Origin: Dehalococcoidia bacterium | Lineage (GTDB): Bacteria; Chloroflexota; Dehalococcoidia; SM23-28-2; RBG-16-64-32 | Direction of reading: 5' to 3' | Length of the DNA stretch: 64,000 nt | NCBI GenBank assembly: GCA_963665775.2 | Contig: CAXXTF010000001.1 | Span: forward strand, 224,001 to 288,000 | Shown: in pieces, positions 1-9,678 of the stretch | How the letters are laid out: every line of letters starts with the position of its first letter | Numbering within the stretch: position 1 is the first letter of the stretch | Position numbers and translations under genes: made by a program | Notes under the pieces: generated by a model | Told to the model about the DNA's origin: nothing | What the model saw: the letters and a program-made list of their open reading frames with translations, nothing else | The model's database searches: none

Positions 1-279
1 TTCGAGAACGGTCTCGTTCCCGTCCTCCTGTCGGAACAGCAGATCGAAGCGATCATGGCCAAGGCGCAGGCCTCCCCGGGATACCGGCTCACCGTAGATC
101 TGGAGCGATGCGAGGTCTGGGACGATTACGGCTTTCGCTCCCCCTTCGTGGTGCACAACGATCCCGGCACTCACAAGTTCCGGCGGTCATGCCTTCTGGG
201 CGGGCTGGACGAGATCGCCCTCACGCTTGAGCATGAGGAGAAGATAAGCGCCTTCGAAGGACAGCGTACTTCTGGCTAA
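1..279 (+). CDS. leuD: 3-isopropylmalate dehydratase small subunit, 5' partial
   Basis: Frame is open from base 1: FENGLVPV...LTVDLE...CLLGGLDEIALTL...I.AFE, a typical LeuD C-terminus. Confidence 0.88.
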   Translation, partial: FENGLVPVLLSEQQIEAIMAKAQASPGYRLTVDLERCEVWDDYGFRSPFVVHNDPGTHKFRRSCLLGGLDEIALTLEHEEKISAFEGQRTSG

Positions 280-298
280 CGCCGGTAGGGATTGAGCC

Positions 299-808
299 AT
301 GCCTTCTGACCCCGTACGCGATGTCTGGAACCGGCTGCGCGGATTGGGGCGCGTCGTGGAGGAGGAGCTGTACGACTTCTCTGAGGAGGATGAGTTGGAG
401 GAGGAGCCGCGCGGCCGTAATACACTCATCGCCCTGCTGAACGCCTTCCTCACCATGTGGAAGGCGAGCCAGGCGAACGTGGCGGAGCGCACCCTGGGCA
501 CCCTAGGCTTCGGCGGCCTTCTCTGGCTCATCGTGGGGGATCGTGGTCTGGGCGCCCGGCGCTTACCCTTGCGCCTGGCCGCCACCACCTTCGCCCTCAT
601 CTGGTTCGTGCCGGGGCTTATCGCCGCTGCCTGGACCCTGGGCGTCAACCTCGGCGTCGAGAACCTGCGACGGGCCCGCACCTGGCCGCTCCTCCTGGTC
701 TTCGCCGCCGGCGGACTCATCACCTTCCGCACCGTCTTCAGCGACCTGGCCCGCCGGCGGCTCCGGCCGCTGCCACGGGCCAAAGACCCACCCGAACCGG
801 CGGCCTAG
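299..808 (+). CDS. hypothetical membrane protein
   Basis: 169-aa ORF with an acidic N-terminus and 3-4 hydrophobic segments. Confidence 0.6.
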   Translation: MPSDPVRDVWNRLRGLGRVVEEELYDFSEEDELEEEPRGRNTLIALLNAFLTMWKASQANVAERTLGTLGFGGLLWLIVGDRGLGARRLPLRLAATTFALIWFVPGLIAAAWTLGVNLGVENLRRARTWPLLLVFAAGGLITFRTVFSDLARRRLRPLPRAKDPPEPAA

Positions 809-887
809 AGATGAGCATCCCCCTCCGATCAACCCATCGCGGAGACGCTCGGCTCGTATGTCCATCATCTTTTGAGGGTTCATCAGG

Positions 888-917
888 TTGATCGCGGCGA
901 ACCGGCACGGATATAAT
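888..917 (+). promoter_or_regulatory. putative sigma70 promoter
   Basis: TTGATC-18 nt-TATAAT upstream of the usp-trkA run. Confidence 0.4.
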
Positions 918-969
918 CATGGATACAACTAGGGACGCGTTCTGAGCATCGAGAGCTGGGACCGGGTAT

Positions 970-1422
970 TTGGAACACAATTCTCTGCAGCTTAAGGAGA
1001 TACTGGTACCAGTAGATGGCTCACGAGCCAGCCTCGATGCATTGGCTCTGGCCTGCGTCCTGGCCAAACGCAACAGGGGTAGGGTGCACGCCGTATATGT
1101 GATCGAGGTGGCGCGGAGGTTGCCCCTGGACGCCGATCTGAGCCCGGAGGCGAAGCGCGGGGAGGAGATCCTCAAAGAGGCCCGGCAGATAGCTGACTCC
1201 CAGGACTCCGACATAGAGGACGATCTGCTGCAGGCTCGAGACGCCGGTCACGCCATCGTCGATGAGGCGATCGAGCGGGCCGTCGACGGGATAATCCTGG
1301 GGACGAACTACAGGCGGCCGCTAGGGGAGTACAAGATTGGCGACGCCGCCCAGTACGTCCTCAAGAACGCGCCCTGCCCGGTCATCGTCTACCGGGCGCC
1401 GGTGGAAGGATCGACCCCGTGA
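970..1422 (+). CDS. universal stress protein (Usp)
   Basis: ILVPVDGS...A and IG..AQYVLKNAPCPVIV motifs; TTG start is uncertain. Confidence 0.88.
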   Translation: MEHNSLQLKEILVPVDGSRASLDALALACVLAKRNRGRVHAVYVIEVARRLPLDADLSPEAKRGEEILKEARQIADSQDSDIEDDLLQARDAGHAIVDEAIERAVDGIILGTNYRRPLGEYKIGDAAQYVLKNAPCPVIVYRAPVEGSTP

Positions 1423-1844
1423 AGGTGGTGATCATGGGCTGTGGCCGCGTGGGCGCCGCCCTGGCGATGTCGTTGGACCAGGAAGGCTACGACGTCACGG
1501 TCCTGGATGTAAACCCGAACGCCTTCCGCCGGCTGCCGCCGCAGTACAAGGGGCATCGGGAGGTCGGGAACGGGATCGACCAAGATGTGCTGGCCCGCAT
1601 CGGTGTGGGGGAGGCGGACTCCTTCGTCGCGGTGACGCAGGGCGACAACCGCAACGTGATGGCAGCCCAGATGGCGAAACACCTGTTCGGGGTGCCGCGG
1701 GCGGTCTGCCGGATCTACGACCCGATCCGGGAAGAGATATATCACAAGTTAGGTCTGGAGACTATCAGCCCAACCCTGGTGGGGGCCAGCCTCCTGAAGG
1801 ATCTGCTGGAGAGGGAGCCCGTAGCCCGGAGAGGTGAACGGTAG
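1419..1844 (+). CDS. TrkA-family K+ uptake protein (TrkA_N domain only)
   Basis: VVIMGCGRVG Rossmann motif and VAVTQGDNRN; overlaps the usp stop codon. Confidence 0.88.
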   Translation: MKVVIMGCGRVGAALAMSLDQEGYDVTVLDVNPNAFRRLPPQYKGHREVGNGIDQDVLARIGVGEADSFVAVTQGDNRNVMAAQMAKHLFGVPRAVCRIYDPIREEIYHKLGLETISPTLVGASLLKDLLEREPVARRGER

Positions 1845-1845
1845 C

Positions 1846-2550
1846 ATGTATATCATCGTCATAGGCGCGGGAAAGGTCGGCTACTACCTGGCCAAGGAGC
1901 TCGTGGAGGAGGAGCACGAGGTGCTCGTCATCGAGAAAGACGGCGCCAAGTGCGACCTGATCGCCGAGGAGCTGGGGGATATAGTGCTGCCGGGGGACGG
2001 CTGCGAGGCGGCCACCATGGAGACGGCCGGCTTCGGCCGCGCCGATATGGTTATCGCGGTTACGGGAGATGACGAGGACAACCTAGTGGTCTGCCAGGTA
2101 GCGAAGGCGAACTTCAACGTGCCGCGCACCGTGGCCCGTATCAACAACCCGAAGAACGAGGAGATCTTCAAGCGGCTGGGGATCGACACGACGGTCAGCG
2201 CTACGGCGGCCATCCTGGCCCACATCGAGCAGGAGCTACCAACGCACCCGCTGATTCCGCTGCTAACCCTGAAGGGCGGCAGCCTGGAGATCGTGGAGGT
2301 CAAGGTGCCGGGCAGCGCGGCCGTAGTGGGTAAGCCGATCAGCGACATCTCACTGCCCCAGCAATCCCTCATCGTCCTGATCGTCGATCAGGACGGAACG
2401 CCGCGGGTGCCCAGCAGCGACGCGGTGATCAGAGCCGGGGACGAGGTGGTGGCGGTGGCCCGGACAGAGGCGGAGGACGCCCTGCGGACGGTGCTGGCGG
2501 CGCCAGCAGCGGGATCATCCTACGGCCCCATCGGCACACCCCGGCAATGA
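1846..2550 (+). CDS. trkA: TrkA-family K+ uptake protein (TrkA_N + TrkA_C)
   Basis: IIVIGAGKVG and AVTGDDEDNL motifs plus a C-terminal RCK_C domain. Confidence 0.88.
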   Translation: MYIIVIGAGKVGYYLAKELVEEEHEVLVIEKDGAKCDLIAEELGDIVLPGDGCEAATMETAGFGRADMVIAVTGDDEDNLVVCQVAKANFNVPRTVARINNPKNEEIFKRLGIDTTVSATAAILAHIEQELPTHPLIPLLTLKGGSLEIVEVKVPGSAAVVGKPISDISLPQQSLIVLIVDQDGTPRVPSSDAVIRAGDEVVAVARTEAEDALRTVLAAPAAGSSYGPIGTPRQ

Positions 2551-3389
2551 CACGCCGTCTGGCCTTCCTGGGGCCGCACGGAACCTTCGCTGAGGAGGCT
2601 GCCCTCCAGTACGACCCCCAGGCCGAACTACTTCCCCTGGCCAGCATCTCGGCAGTAGCGGGCGCGCTGGCGGCGAGCCTGGCCGACGAGGGCGTTGTCC
2701 CCATCGAGAACAGCCTGGAGGGGTCGGTTACGGAGACGCTGGACACCCTCATCCACCCCGACTTGTCGGGGCCGCTGGCGGTGCGGAACGAGGTTGTGCT
2801 GCCCATCGAGCACTATCTACTAGTGAAGCCCGGCCTGACCGCGGACCGGGTGAAGAGGGTATTCTCCCACCCGCAGGCGCTGGCCCAGTGTCGGAGCTTC
2901 GTGGAGCGCCGCTTCCCCGAGGCGACTCTAGAGGCGGCCCTTTCCACGGCCGCAGCGGTGGAGGAGATCATGGCCAGAGAGGACGCTGCGGCCATAGGGA
3001 ACCGGCGGGCGGCAGAGCTGTACGGAGCGGAGGCGCTGGCGCAGGGGATTCAGGACCGAAGCCCCAACGTGACCCGCTTCGTGGTGCTAGCAGGGGAAGA
3101 TCATCAACCCACTGGGGACGATAAGACCTCTCTAGCCTTCGCCTTTGCGGTAGAGGACCGGCCGGGGCTGCTGGTGGCCACCCTGAACGAGTTCTCGCGG
3201 CGCTCCATCAATCTCTCAAAGATAGAATCGCGGCCCAGCAAGGAGCGGCTGGGGACGTACATCTTCCTGGTAGACGTGGCCGGTCACCGGACTGACGAGC
3301 CTCTGGCCGAGGCGCTGGAGCGCGTGCGGGAGAAGTGCTCCTTCTTCCGCGTGCTGGGGTCGTACCCACGCTACCGGGAGGCGGCGTAA
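2547..3389 (+). CDS. pheA: prephenate dehydratase
   Basis: FLGPHGTF, VPIENSLEG, SHPQALAQC, NVTRF and INLSKIESRP motifs. Confidence 0.95.
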   Translation: MTRRLAFLGPHGTFAEEAALQYDPQAELLPLASISAVAGALAASLADEGVVPIENSLEGSVTETLDTLIHPDLSGPLAVRNEVVLPIEHYLLVKPGLTADRVKRVFSHPQALAQCRSFVERRFPEATLEAALSTAAAVEEIMAREDAAAIGNRRAAELYGAEALAQGIQDRSPNVTRFVVLAGEDHQPTGDDKTSLAFAFAVEDRPGLLVATLNEFSRRSINLSKIESRPSKERLGTYIFLVDVAGHRTDEPLAEALERVREKCSFFRVLGSYPRYREAA

Positions 3390-3398
3390 GAGCGAGCG

Positions 3399-4214
3399 TT
3401 GCCGGAGATTCCGGATCTGGAGGGCTACCGGGCGTACTTCAACCGCCGACTACCCGGCCTGAAGGTGGAGGCCGCTGAGGTGACCATACCCATCGTCGTT
3501 CGAGCGCCGAGGGAGGAGTTCGCCGCCAGGCTCAGCGGCAACCGCCTGGGCCAAGTGGAGCGGCTGGGCAAGTACCTGCTCTTCCCCTTCCAGAGCGGCG
3601 ACTGGCTGATCGTACACGCCATGCTCACGGGCCGCTTCCAGTACTGCAACCCGAAGGAGAGGAGACGGAAGAAGACGGCCTTCGTCCTGGGCCTGGAAAC
3701 CGGAATGGAGCTGCGCTACTGCGATGATCGGCTGATGGGGAAGGCGTACCTGGCCCGCCAGGAGGAGTTCGGTCAGAAGGTGCCGCGCTGGCTGGAGATG
3801 GGGCCGGACGCCATGAGCGCGAAGCTCTCCCAGGACGGGTTCGTGGAGCGGCTGCGGACGCGTCGCGGTCAGATCAAGAACGTGCTGACGACAGAGCAGT
3901 GCCTGGCCGGCATCGGCAATGCCTACTCGGACGAGGTGCTGTGGGAGGCGGGGATCCACCCCTACCGAAAGCGGACGGAGCTGTCGGCGGAGGCGCTGGC
4001 GGGACTGTACCGAGCCGTGCATGCCGTGATGGAGTGGGCGACGCCGATCGTGGCGGAGCGGATGGAGAACGAGGGGCTACCGTCGGGCCATTACCAAGAC
4101 CACCTGCGGGTGCATCGCCAGGGCGGACAGCCGTGCCCCTGCTGCGGCACCAGGATAACGGAGATCGCGGCGGGGCAACGGATCACGAACTTCTGCCGCA
4201 GCTGTCAGAGGTAG
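3399..4214 (+). CDS. Fpg/Nei-family DNA glycosylase
   Basis: N-terminal MPEIPD, GIGNAYSDE H2TH motif, C-terminal C4 zinc finger. Confidence 0.92.
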   Translation: MPEIPDLEGYRAYFNRRLPGLKVEAAEVTIPIVVRAPREEFAARLSGNRLGQVERLGKYLLFPFQSGDWLIVHAMLTGRFQYCNPKERRRKKTAFVLGLETGMELRYCDDRLMGKAYLARQEEFGQKVPRWLEMGPDAMSAKLSQDGFVERLRTRRGQIKNVLTTEQCLAGIGNAYSDEVLWEAGIHPYRKRTELSAEALAGLYRAVHAVMEWATPIVAERMENEGLPSGHYQDHLRVHRQGGQPCPCCGTRITEIAAGQRITNFCRSCQR

Positions 4215-4272
4215 CGGCCAGCCCAGGCTAAGCGACGCTCAGAGCATCGCCAGCGCCAGCTGTCCAGCCTCC

Positions 4273-4803
4273 TTAGGTGAAGTCGCCGTCGGCTTCCCAG
4301 CCGGGGACGAACTTCCGCCACTCCTCCTGCTGCTCCAGATACGGGTAGAAGGTGTGGAAGAAGCTGGAGCGAGGCCGGACGGGCTGGCGCTCGAGATGCA
4401 TGCGAGCCTCCGCAGGTGTCCGGCCGGCCTTGCGGTGATTGCAGAGCTTGCAGGCCGCGACGACGTTCTCCCAATCGTGGGTGCCGCCGCGGTGGCGCGG
4501 CAGCACGTGGTCCAGAGTCAGATCCCTGGTCTCCTTGCCGCAGTATTGGCAGGTAAAGCGATCGCGTAGAAACAGCTCACGGCGGGTAAGGCGCCCCTGA
4601 GGCCGCGGGCGGCGGATGAGGTAGATGAGGCGAATGACGGAGGGGATCTCGAACAGGGCGGAGGGGGTGTGAAGGTAGCCGCGGCCGTTCTCTATGATCT
4701 CCGCCTTACCGCGGTCGACAAGGACGAACGCCCGCCGAACGTTGCACACATTCAGCGGTTCGTAGTTTTGGTTGAGCACCAATACAGGAGAAGCTGTTCC
4801 CAT
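4273..4803 (-). CDS. HNH endonuclease
   Basis: VLVLNQNYEPL, RDRFTCQYCG, TLDHVLP and CKLCNHRK; start placed at ATG 4803. Confidence 0.9.
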   Translation of the reverse strand: MGTASPVLVLNQNYEPLNVCNVRRAFVLVDRGKAEIIENGRGYLHTPSALFEIPSVIRLIYLIRRPRPQGRLTRRELFLRDRFTCQYCGKETRDLTLDHVLPRHRGGTHDWENVVAACKLCNHRKAGRTPAEARMHLERQPVRPRSSFFHTFYPYLEQQEEWRKFVPGWEADGDFT

Positions 4804-4864
4804 CGCCCAGTTACCACCGAGGCCAATAGTAGCAGAGCGGGCTAGCCCGGGCAATTCCGGCCGG

Positions 4865-5368
4865 TCAGGGAGACAGGAACTGGTCGACCCGGTCACCGAT
4901 CTCGCCGGGAAGGAGGCGGAGGATGAAGTCCACATCGTCCAGGAAAACGGAGGCGAGCCCGGAACCATCGATAGCGTCGTCCAGGCCCAGCTGTGGGTAG
5001 GCGGCGAAGACGATCAGCAGGATTTGCGCGACGAGAAGGCCCTTTAAGAGGCCGAAGAAGGCGCCGCCAAACTGGTCGGCCCAGCCCAGCATGAGAAGCG
5101 AGGCGGTCCGTTTCAGGACGTAGGCAGTGACCTGTCCCAGGAGAAAGACAGCCCCAAACAGCACAAGGAAGGAAACGGCCAGGGCGGCCTCGTCGCTGTC
5201 GATGAACACGAGGACGTCGGTGGCCAGGTTGCGATACAACTGGCCCGCCACCACGATCCCGATCACGACAGCGACGAGGGTGATGATCTCCCGGATCAGC
5301 CCCGCGCTATAGGAGCTGTAGGTGAAGCCCAGAACGACGACGATGATGACGATATCGAGCCAGTTCAT
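4865..5368 (-). CDS. cvpA: CvpA-family (colicin V production) membrane protein
   Basis: MNWLDIVI...GLIRE and D...GAFFGLLKG. Confidence 0.88.
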   Translation of the reverse strand: MNWLDIVIIVVVLGFTYSSYSAGLIREIITLVAVVIGIVVAGQLYRNLATDVLVFIDSDEAALAVSFLVLFGAVFLLGQVTAYVLKRTASLLMLGWADQFGGAFFGLLKGLLVAQILLIVFAAYPQLGLDDAIDGSGLASVFLDDVDFILRLLPGEIGDRVDQFLSP

Positions 5369-5558
5369 GTATCACGCAACTGCAGGCCAAGTGAACCGCG
5401 GCTATATTACTCCGGAAGGGGCAAGGATGACCAGTCCGTTCGGGGCGCCCGGCCATTATCCGGGCCGGCCCCTGCGTTTACGCCAACAGACGGCCGGTGG
5501 TAAAATACGGGCCTGCCTGGTTTGGAGACGAGCAAGGGCATCCTGAGCCGTTCGACTG

Positions 5559-5624
5559 TGTCATTCTGAGCGGAGCGAAAAATCTCACATCGGCGGTCAG
5601 ACCCCCACTTCGCTCAGGGTGACA
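5559..5624. repeat. REP-like palindromic element
   Basis: TGTCATTCTGAGCGGAGCG...CACTTCGCTCAGGGTGACA imperfect inverted repeat in an intergenic region. Confidence 0.65.
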
Positions 5625-5725
5625 GCCGCTCAAGCTGACAGAATTGGGCGCTGTCAATCGAATCGGACAGGGATCGGCAGGTCAAAGAGAAGAAGGAACG
5701 AGGCAGAGGGAACAGGAGGCCGAAG

Positions 5726-6496
5726 ATCGACGAGGCGAAGTTGCGAGCGCTGCTGGAGTCCCTCCGCCAGGGCGCCCTGTCAGTGGACGAGGCGCTGAGC
5801 CGGCTGAGCCACCTTCCCTATGAGGAGCTAGGATTCGCCGAGGTGGACCATCACCGTGCCCTGCGCACGGGCTTCCCTGAGGTCGTGCTGGCAGAAGGAA
5901 AGACCACGGAGCAGGTGACGGCCATCGCCGAGCGGCTGGCGGCTCATCAAGACCGGCTCCTCATCACCAGGGCTGACGCTGACTGCTATCGGGCAGTCAA
6001 GGAACGGGTGCCGGACGCCATCTACCACACCTCGGCCAGGGCGGTGACGATGGACCGTAGCGGGCAACGGCATCGGCCGGGGGTGGCCATCCTCTGTGCG
6101 GGCACCTCAGACCTGCCGGTAGCGGAGGAAGCGGCGGTGACGGCCGAGCTTATGGGCAGCGAGGCGGACCGCCTGTACGACGTCGGCGTGGCCGGCATAC
6201 ACCGGCTGCTGGACAAGATGGAGCGGATAAGGACGGCCAAAGCGTTGGTCGTGGTGGCGGGCATGGAGGGAGCGCTCCCCAGCGTAGTGGCCGGGCTGGT
6301 CGCCGCCCCGATCATCGCCGTTCCGACCTCGGTGGGATACGGGGCGAGCTTCCACGGATTGGCGCCCCTCCTGACGATGCTAAACAGCTGCGCCGCCGGA
6401 GTGGCGGTGGTCAACATCGACAACGGTTTCGGGGCCGGCTACCTGGCGGCGGTGATCAACCGGCAATCGTGGGCCTCGGAAGGGCCACCGGAGTAG
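5726..6496 (+). CDS. larB: nickel pincer cofactor biosynthesis protein LarB
   Basis: DHHRALRTGFPE, AGTSDLPVAEEA, DVGVAGIHRL and VNIDNGFGA; start is ATC 5726 (after AGGAGG) or TTG 5741. Confidence 0.92.
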   Translation: MDEAKLRALLESLRQGALSVDEALSRLSHLPYEELGFAEVDHHRALRTGFPEVVLAEGKTTEQVTAIAERLAAHQDRLLITRADADCYRAVKERVPDAIYHTSARAVTMDRSGQRHRPGVAILCAGTSDLPVAEEAAVTAELMGSEADRLYDVGVAGIHRLLDKMERIRTAKALVVVAGMEGALPSVVAGLVAAPIIAVPTSVGYGASFHGLAPLLTMLNSCAAGVAVVNIDNGFGAGYLAAVINRQSWASEGPPE

Positions 6497-6571
6497 GCAT
6501 GAGGACGCCGGAGGTTTGCCGCTGGTAGATCGAGCATTCGGTCTCCCACGTACATCGGCCTGCGATCAACC

Positions 6572-7786
6572 ATGACGCGCATCGCATACCTGGACTGCTT
6601 CTCGGGAGTGAGCGGCGACATGCTGCTGGGCGCGCTGCTGGACGCCGGGCTGCCCCTGGAGGAGCTGCGCGGCGAGCTGGCGAAGCTGCCGCTGGACGGA
6701 TACGGCCTGAGTTCGCGCCCGGTGCAGCGGGCCGGTTTGGCCGCCACGCAGGCTATGGTAGAGGTGCGAGAGGAGCAACCGCCGCGCACCCTGAGAGACG
6801 TCCTCGACCTGATCGAAGGGGCGTCCCTACCGGCGTCGGACCGTGAGCAGGCGACAGCGGTGTTCCAGCGGCTGGCGGAAGCGGAGGCGACCGTGCACGG
6901 CGAGACGGTGGAGACGGTGCACCTTCACGACGTGGGGGCCGTGGACGCCGTTGTGGATGTCATGGGAACGGTGATCGGACTGCGGCTGCTGGGGGTGGAG
7001 CAGGTATACGCCTCGGCGCTGCCGCTGGGGAAGGGGGAGGTGGAAGGGCGGCACGGTAGGCTGCCCCTGCCGGCCCCGGCAACGCTGGAGCTGCTGGCGC
7101 GGGCCGGGGCGCCGCTCGCCGCCGCCGCGGGCGAACCGGCGGGCGAGCTGGTGACGCCGACCGGCGCCGCCATCGTGACGACGCTGGCCCGGTTCGAGCG
7201 GCCAGAGATGACCCTGGAGCGGATCGGCTACGGGGCCGGTTCGCGGGACCCGGAGGGCCGTCCCAACGTGCTCAGGCTGTGGCTGGGCGAGGGTGTCCAT
7301 TCGGCTGCGCTCAGGACAGGCCCTTCGGCCCCAAAACCGATGCTGCTCATCGAGACGAACATCGACGACATGACGGCCGAGATGCTGGCCTACGTTCAAG
7401 AGAAGCTGATGGCGTCCGGGGCGGCCGACGCCTGGTTCACGTCCATCCAGATGAAGAAGGGCCGCCCGGGGGTGATGCTCTCCGTCATCTGCAGCGAGGC
7501 GGTGGAGGAGACGATGGCGCGCCTGCTGCTGCGGGAGACCTCGACCCTGGGGGTGCGCGTGCGCGCCGTGCACCGATGGGAAGCGGAGCGGGAGGCGCTG
7601 GCGTTCGAGTCGTCCCTGGGACCGGCGGCGGCCAAGGTGAAACGGCTGCCGGGGGAGCCGCCGCGCCTGGCTCCGGAATACGAGGCGTGCCGGGGGCTGG
7701 CGGAGCGCTCAGGGCTGCCGCTGGCGGAGGTGTACCGTATCGTGCAGGCGGAGGGAGAGGCGGAACTGGACCGGCGGTCTCACTAG
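6572..7786 (+). CDS. larC: nickel insertion protein LarC
   Basis: YLDCFSGVSGDMLLGAL, HLHDVGAVD, ELVTPTGAA, ETNIDD and MKKGRPG. Confidence 0.93.
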   Translation: MTRIAYLDCFSGVSGDMLLGALLDAGLPLEELRGELAKLPLDGYGLSSRPVQRAGLAATQAMVEVREEQPPRTLRDVLDLIEGASLPASDREQATAVFQRLAEAEATVHGETVETVHLHDVGAVDAVVDVMGTVIGLRLLGVEQVYASALPLGKGEVEGRHGRLPLPAPATLELLARAGAPLAAAAGEPAGELVTPTGAAIVTTLARFERPEMTLERIGYGAGSRDPEGRPNVLRLWLGEGVHSAALRTGPSAPKPMLLIETNIDDMTAEMLAYVQEKLMASGAADAWFTSIQMKKGRPGVMLSVICSEAVEETMARLLLRETSTLGVRVRAVHRWEAEREALAFESSLGPAAAKVKRLPGEPPRLAPEYEACRGLAERSGLPLAEVYRIVQAEGEAELDRRSH

Positions 7787-7862
7787 CACGCCGCCCGACT
7801 GCCCCAGCGATGCCGTCCTCGTCGTTAGGGGGCGCGGCAGAGGGCTAGGAGCTTGATACGCG

Positions 7863-8741
7863 TCACGCCTTCGGTTCGTCCCCCGCCTTGCCGCCGGCGC
7901 CGCCGTCGCCACCCAACATTCTGGTGAAGGGGCGGATGAGGTTAGTGAACTCCATGGGGAAGATCCACTTGGTGGAGGGGCTCTCCCCTACGTCCTTCAG
8001 GGTCTCCAGGTACTGGAGGCTCAGGGTGTTCTGGTCCACGCCGCGGGCGACCTCGTTGATCTTGTTGAGGGCGGTGCTGAAGCCCTCCGCCCGGAGGATC
8101 TCGGCCTGGCGGTTCCCCTCAGCGCGGAGGATATCGGCCTGCCTCTCGCCTTCCGCCTCGAGGATGGCGGCCTGCTTCTGCCCCTCGGCTACCGTGATGT
8201 TCGCCTCCTTCTGACCGTCGGCCTCGGTGACCTGGGCGCGTCGGTTACGCTCGGCGGACATCTGGCGGCTCATCGCCTCCTGGATATCGCGTGGCGGCTG
8301 GATCTCGCGGATCTCCACTGCTGTCACCTTGACGCCCCAGCGGTCGGTCACCTCATCCAGCTTCTCCTGCATGGTCTGGTTGATCTGGTCGCGCTTGGCC
8401 AGGACGTCGTCCAGGGTGATGTCGCCGACCACGGCGCGGAGGTTGGTGATGGCCATGCCGCGGGCGGCCAGCATGTAGTTCTCCACCTTGAGGACGCTGG
8501 CCTCAGGGTCGACGACTTTCATGTAGACGAGCATGTCCACGGAGACGGGGGCGTTATCCTTGGTGATGCAGGTCTGGGGAGGCACGTCCAGGACGTCCTC
8601 TCGCAGGTCGACCACAATCACCTGGTCGATGATGGGGAAAAGAGGGAAGACCAAGCCGGGTCCCTTCAAGCCCATGAAGCGGCCGAAGCGCAAGTGGACG
8701 AGGCGCCTATACTCGGGGACAACGCTGAGGAAGAAGGGCAT
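7863..8741 (-). CDS. SPFH/band 7 (QmcA-like) protein
   Basis: ITKDNAPVSVD, WGVKVTAVEIRE and QMSAERNRRA...AEG repeats. Confidence 0.9.
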   Translation of the reverse strand: MPFFLSVVPEYRRLVHLRFGRFMGLKGPGLVFPLFPIIDQVIVVDLREDVLDVPPQTCITKDNAPVSVDMLVYMKVVDPEASVLKVENYMLAARGMAITNLRAVVGDITLDDVLAKRDQINQTMQEKLDEVTDRWGVKVTAVEIREIQPPRDIQEAMSRQMSAERNRRAQVTEADGQKEANITVAEGQKQAAILEAEGERQADILRAEGNRQAEILRAEGFSTALNKINEVARGVDQNTLSLQYLETLKDVGESPSTKWIFPMEFTNLIRPFTRMLGGDGGAGGKAGDEPKA

Positions 8742-8821
8742 TGGGGGTCTCCTTTCGAAACGGTCAGGCCGGATGTGGGCTCATTATAGCGCTAACGGAC
8801 AGGCGGCGTTTATACCGACCG

Positions 8822-9535
8822 CTAAGCCGTATCGAAGCCCAGGCCGCGCTCCTTGAGGCTGACGAAGCCCTGGCGGGCGATTACCACATGGTCCAGGACG
8901 TCGATGCCGAGGAGAGCGCCGGCCTCGACCATCTGTTTGGTGATGGCGACGTCGTCAGCGCTCGGGGTCGGGTCACCGGAAGGGTGGTTGTGGACGACGA
9001 TGACAGCGGGGCAGCCCTCCCGAACGGCGTCCCGAAGGAGCTCGCCTACGCGGACGACGGCGCTGTTGACGTTGCCCTTGTACACCTCCGGGATGGCCAG
9101 AACCTGGTTGCGGGTGTTGAGGAGGATAACCCGCAGGTGCTCCTGTTCCAGAAGGGCCATCTCCGCCATAAGGAGGTTGTTGACGTCCTGGGGAGAACGC
9201 ACGGTGGCGCGCTCGTTAGGCTGAGTGGAAACGAGCCGTTTGCCCAGCTCCAGAGCGGCCAGGAGTTGGGCGGCCTTCGCTTCCCCCACGGCGTGCTCAG
9301 CGCAAAGCTCGCCGAAGGAGGCGCGGGCCAGGCCGGGCAACCCCTCGAAGCGGATCAGAATGCGCGTGGCCAGCGCCAGAACGTTCTCGCCGGTGCTGCC
9401 GGTGCGGAGGAGGATGGCCAGGAGCTCCGCGTTAGAGAGCGAGGAGGCACCGCGGAGGCGCAGCCGCTCCCGAGGCCGCTCATCGGAGAGCATATCACGG
9501 ATGAGGGGGCGATAATCGAGGTTGGCTTCTGGCAT
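8822..9535 (-). CDS. radC: RadC-family JAB domain protein
   Basis: ERPRERL...[28 protein letters not shown] and LDHVVI. Confidence 0.95.
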   Translation of the reverse strand: MPEANLDYRPLIRDMLSDERPRERLRLRGASSLSNAELLAILLRTGSTGENVLALATRILIRFEGLPGLARASFGELCAEHAVGEAKAAQLLAALELGKRLVSTQPNERATVRSPQDVNNLLMAEMALLEQEHLRVILLNTRNQVLAIPEVYKGNVNSAVVRVGELLRDAVREGCPAVIVVHNHPSGDPTPSADDVAITKQMVEAGALLGIDVLDHVVIARQGFVSLKERGLGFDTA

Positions 9536-9649
9536 CGGCGGACCTCAGGCGGGAGACGCAGTGAGTTTAGCGCGAGCGGGCCGGGCGAGTAAAGGGTCAG
9601 GCGGCTCCTTCGCCCGATTCGTCGGCAGGAATCTCCCCAGCTTTAGGGC

Positions 9650-9678
9650 TTGCTTTCGGTTATCCGCCCAGGTATAAT
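9650..9678 (+). promoter_or_regulatory. putative sigma70 promoter
   Basis: TTGCTT-17 nt-TATAAT, about 370 nt upstream of the next CDS. Confidence 0.55.

Noticed and set aside
4273-4803. HNH nuclease as a defence or homing system
   Set aside because: Common stand-alone HNH type in a housekeeping context, with no methylase, intron or repeat nearby.
8822-9535. radC as a mobile-element marker
   Set aside because: It is the full-length chromosomal type with the N-terminal HhH region and has no mobile genes adjacent.
8741-9592. 283-aa plus-strand ORF, and similar long antisense ORFs at 12193, 13448, 26275, 38744, 41025 and 54232
   Set aside because: These are shadow ORFs opposite well-supported genes.
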